A DNA stretch of 60,417 nt, filler included. It is 4 parts of 4 records of this genome, joined end to end, with 100 filler letters (N's around TTAATTAATTAA, not from the genome) between each part and the next. Parts side by side here need not be neighbours in the genome. Positions count along the whole stretch, not along the records: positions 50,228 to 60,417 come from DRR723986_6437; 3 more parts are not named here. One strand, written 5' to 3'. The notes beneath the pieces are model-generated. The model was not told where the DNA came from and made no database searches. It saw only the letters and a list, made by a program, of their open reading frames with translations. A program made the position numbers and the translations under genes. Positions 58,872-60,417 of this stretch are shown here, one piece after another. How positions within the stretch are numbered: the stretch's first letter is position 1; each line of letters begins with the position of its first letter.

Positions 58872-59435
58872 TCATCTTCTATATTCCTCAAGGTACGGAG
58901 CCAATACTTCGCGAATTTTGCGTTTGGCGCGTACAACCCAGTTGCGCACACTGCTCAGCGGCACGTCCAGTACATCTGCGATTTCTTTGTATGACATCCC
59001 ATTGTAGGTCTGCATAACAAAAGCCTCGCGATGGTTGTCCGGCAGCAGATCCAGCGCCAGCGTCACGAGCCTTGCTAACTCTTTGGACTCCAGTGACACG
59101 TCTTCAACTGGTATGATCAACTCTTCAATCGGCACCAACTCGCGGGCATTCCGCTTGCGGTAGTCAAAACAGAGGTTGCGGGCAATGCGCAGTATGTACG
59201 CCGCAACATTTTCAACACTTTCGACTCGTTCAGCCGTTTTCAAGAGGCGCAGGAAAGTCTCCTGAAACACGTCATTGGCCTGTTCTTCATCACCCAGAAT
59301 TCGCAGACAGTACAAATACATTCGGCGCGAATGCCGGTTGTATAGCTCGGCAAATGCATCCTCACGCTCTTGAGCCGGGCCGCGCAGACGGCCAAACAAC
59401 TCCGGATCGCTTGTATTGCGCAAATCTTTTGCCAT
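58872..59435 (-). CDS. ECF RNA polymerase sigma factor
   Basis: 'AFAELYNRH', 'DVFQETF', 'ILRIARN', 'GMSYKEIADVL'. Confidence 0.95.
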   Translation of the reverse strand: MAKDLRNTSDPELFGRLRGPAQEREDAFAELYNRHSRRMYLYCLRILGDEEQANDVFQETFLRLLKTAERVESVENVAAYILRIARNLCFDYRKRNARELVPIEELIIPVEDVSLESKELARLVTLALDLLPDNHREAFVMQTYNGMSYKEIADVLDVPLSSVRNWVVRAKRKIREVLAPYLEEYRR

Positions 59436-60392
59436 GCGTACTGCTTAATCCTTGACTCACTCGATAATTCGGCGGCGGGCCACGTGCAGGCTTTCTGCCC
59501 CCATCGCTGCCAATGACGCCGATTGCGACATCTTGATTCACCTGCAAGGGCGATTTTTGTATAAATCTTTGCTTTTCTTTCATCGCAGGCCCTGGAGCGC
59601 AGCACTCACCGAGGGTGGCGTCTCTTCTTCCAGCGCATACAGGGCCACGTCGCGCAGCTCGGCAAAACTGTATTGCAGTCCTGCACACAGGCAATGATCA
59701 TGCCCGACTGCAGAATCTAACAAAAACACCGCCGCCGCAATAACCGACTCATGCACTGCAATCTTTTGGTGCAGAAGCTCAATCGCATCGTCTTCATCAG
59801 CTGCATATCCAAACCTTGGCAGTCGTTTCGTTTCCATCACTTGCCCTCCACTTTATCTCGTTTTACATCAACTTCACACGCCGGAGCCTGAATCGTATCG
59901 ACCGGTCTACGCTACACACTTCATCTCCTGCGATAACTAATGGTGAATTTATCGCCTCTCCCCACGCATTTCCCCGATTTTTTACTGAACGGGCGGTTTT
60001 TCTTTTCAGAAATTATCGCTGACAGCCTCCCCAACTCCATCCAATCCAAGCATGACCTCTTGTTAGTCACTGGGTCAAAATCGTCGATTCATGGAGCTGC
60101 AAGCCTCTTTTTCACCGATTCACCAATCAAAATCCAAAGGGTCAAGTGGTACAAATATCACTAAAGCTATAGTTTTTAGGGCTTGCAATTACACCGAAAT
60201 ATTGCCCAACGGACAGTGATCCACGCCAAACGTTTTTTACTTTCGACGAATTGCGCTGTCCCCCGCCGGCGGCTGGCTTTGGATTTTGCACACAACGACC
60301 AAGCACTTTGCAATAACGGCAATAACTTCAGCACAGATGAGAAAGGCTACGCACAGCTGGGTTTGGAAAACTCCAAGACCCACAAACTTCCG

Positions 60393-60417
60393 GCTCACAG
60401 CCCTAAGGGCTGTGAGC
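60393..60417. repeat. Perfect 11-bp-stem palindrome at contig end
   Basis: GCTCACAGCCC-TAA-GGGCTGTGAGC. Confidence 0.7.

Overview
The window is not one replicon. It is four unrelated contigs joined by N-runs that each contain the all-frame stop linker TTAATTAATTAA (20817-20916, 35447-35546, 50128-50227). Taxon guesses below come from gene content and sequence style only. (1) 1-20816, gammaproteobacterial (Halieaceae-like), bounded by tRNA-Leu(TAA) and tRNA-Gly/Cys. It carries deoC/deoK, exosortase H and a light/photo-oxidative stress cluster (B12-independent LitR-like MerR, divergent sigma-70, TIGR01777, sirtuin, photolyase, with visible operator and promoter motifs). It also carries a decayed island at tRNA-Cys (integrase remnant, IS481-like IS, barrel-YfiR-kinase). 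(2) 20917-35446, alphaproteobacterial (Hyphomonas-like). Housekeeping genes are followed by an element starting at a tRNA-Leu 3'-end att-like site and encoding a DUF6538-type tyrosine recombinase. The element shows a repeated module (att-like core, phased GTGTATCA repeats, GGGGACCGGA leader, exported-protein gene) and a large hairpin-rich non-coding tract. This is the strongest candidate for an undescribed system. (3) 35547-50127, betaproteobacterial (Limnobacter-like). GDP-fucose and dTDP-rhamnose genes are interleaved with two HEPN/MNT pairs, a TonB receptor with a Fur-like box, RfaH and signalling genes. (4) 50228-60417, Bacteroidota/Kapabacteria-like. It has an ECF sigma, an anti-sigma candidate with a C-terminal beta-barrel, a META lipoprotein and a propeller kinase/LytTR pair. 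All calls come from reading motifs by eye; no database searches were run.
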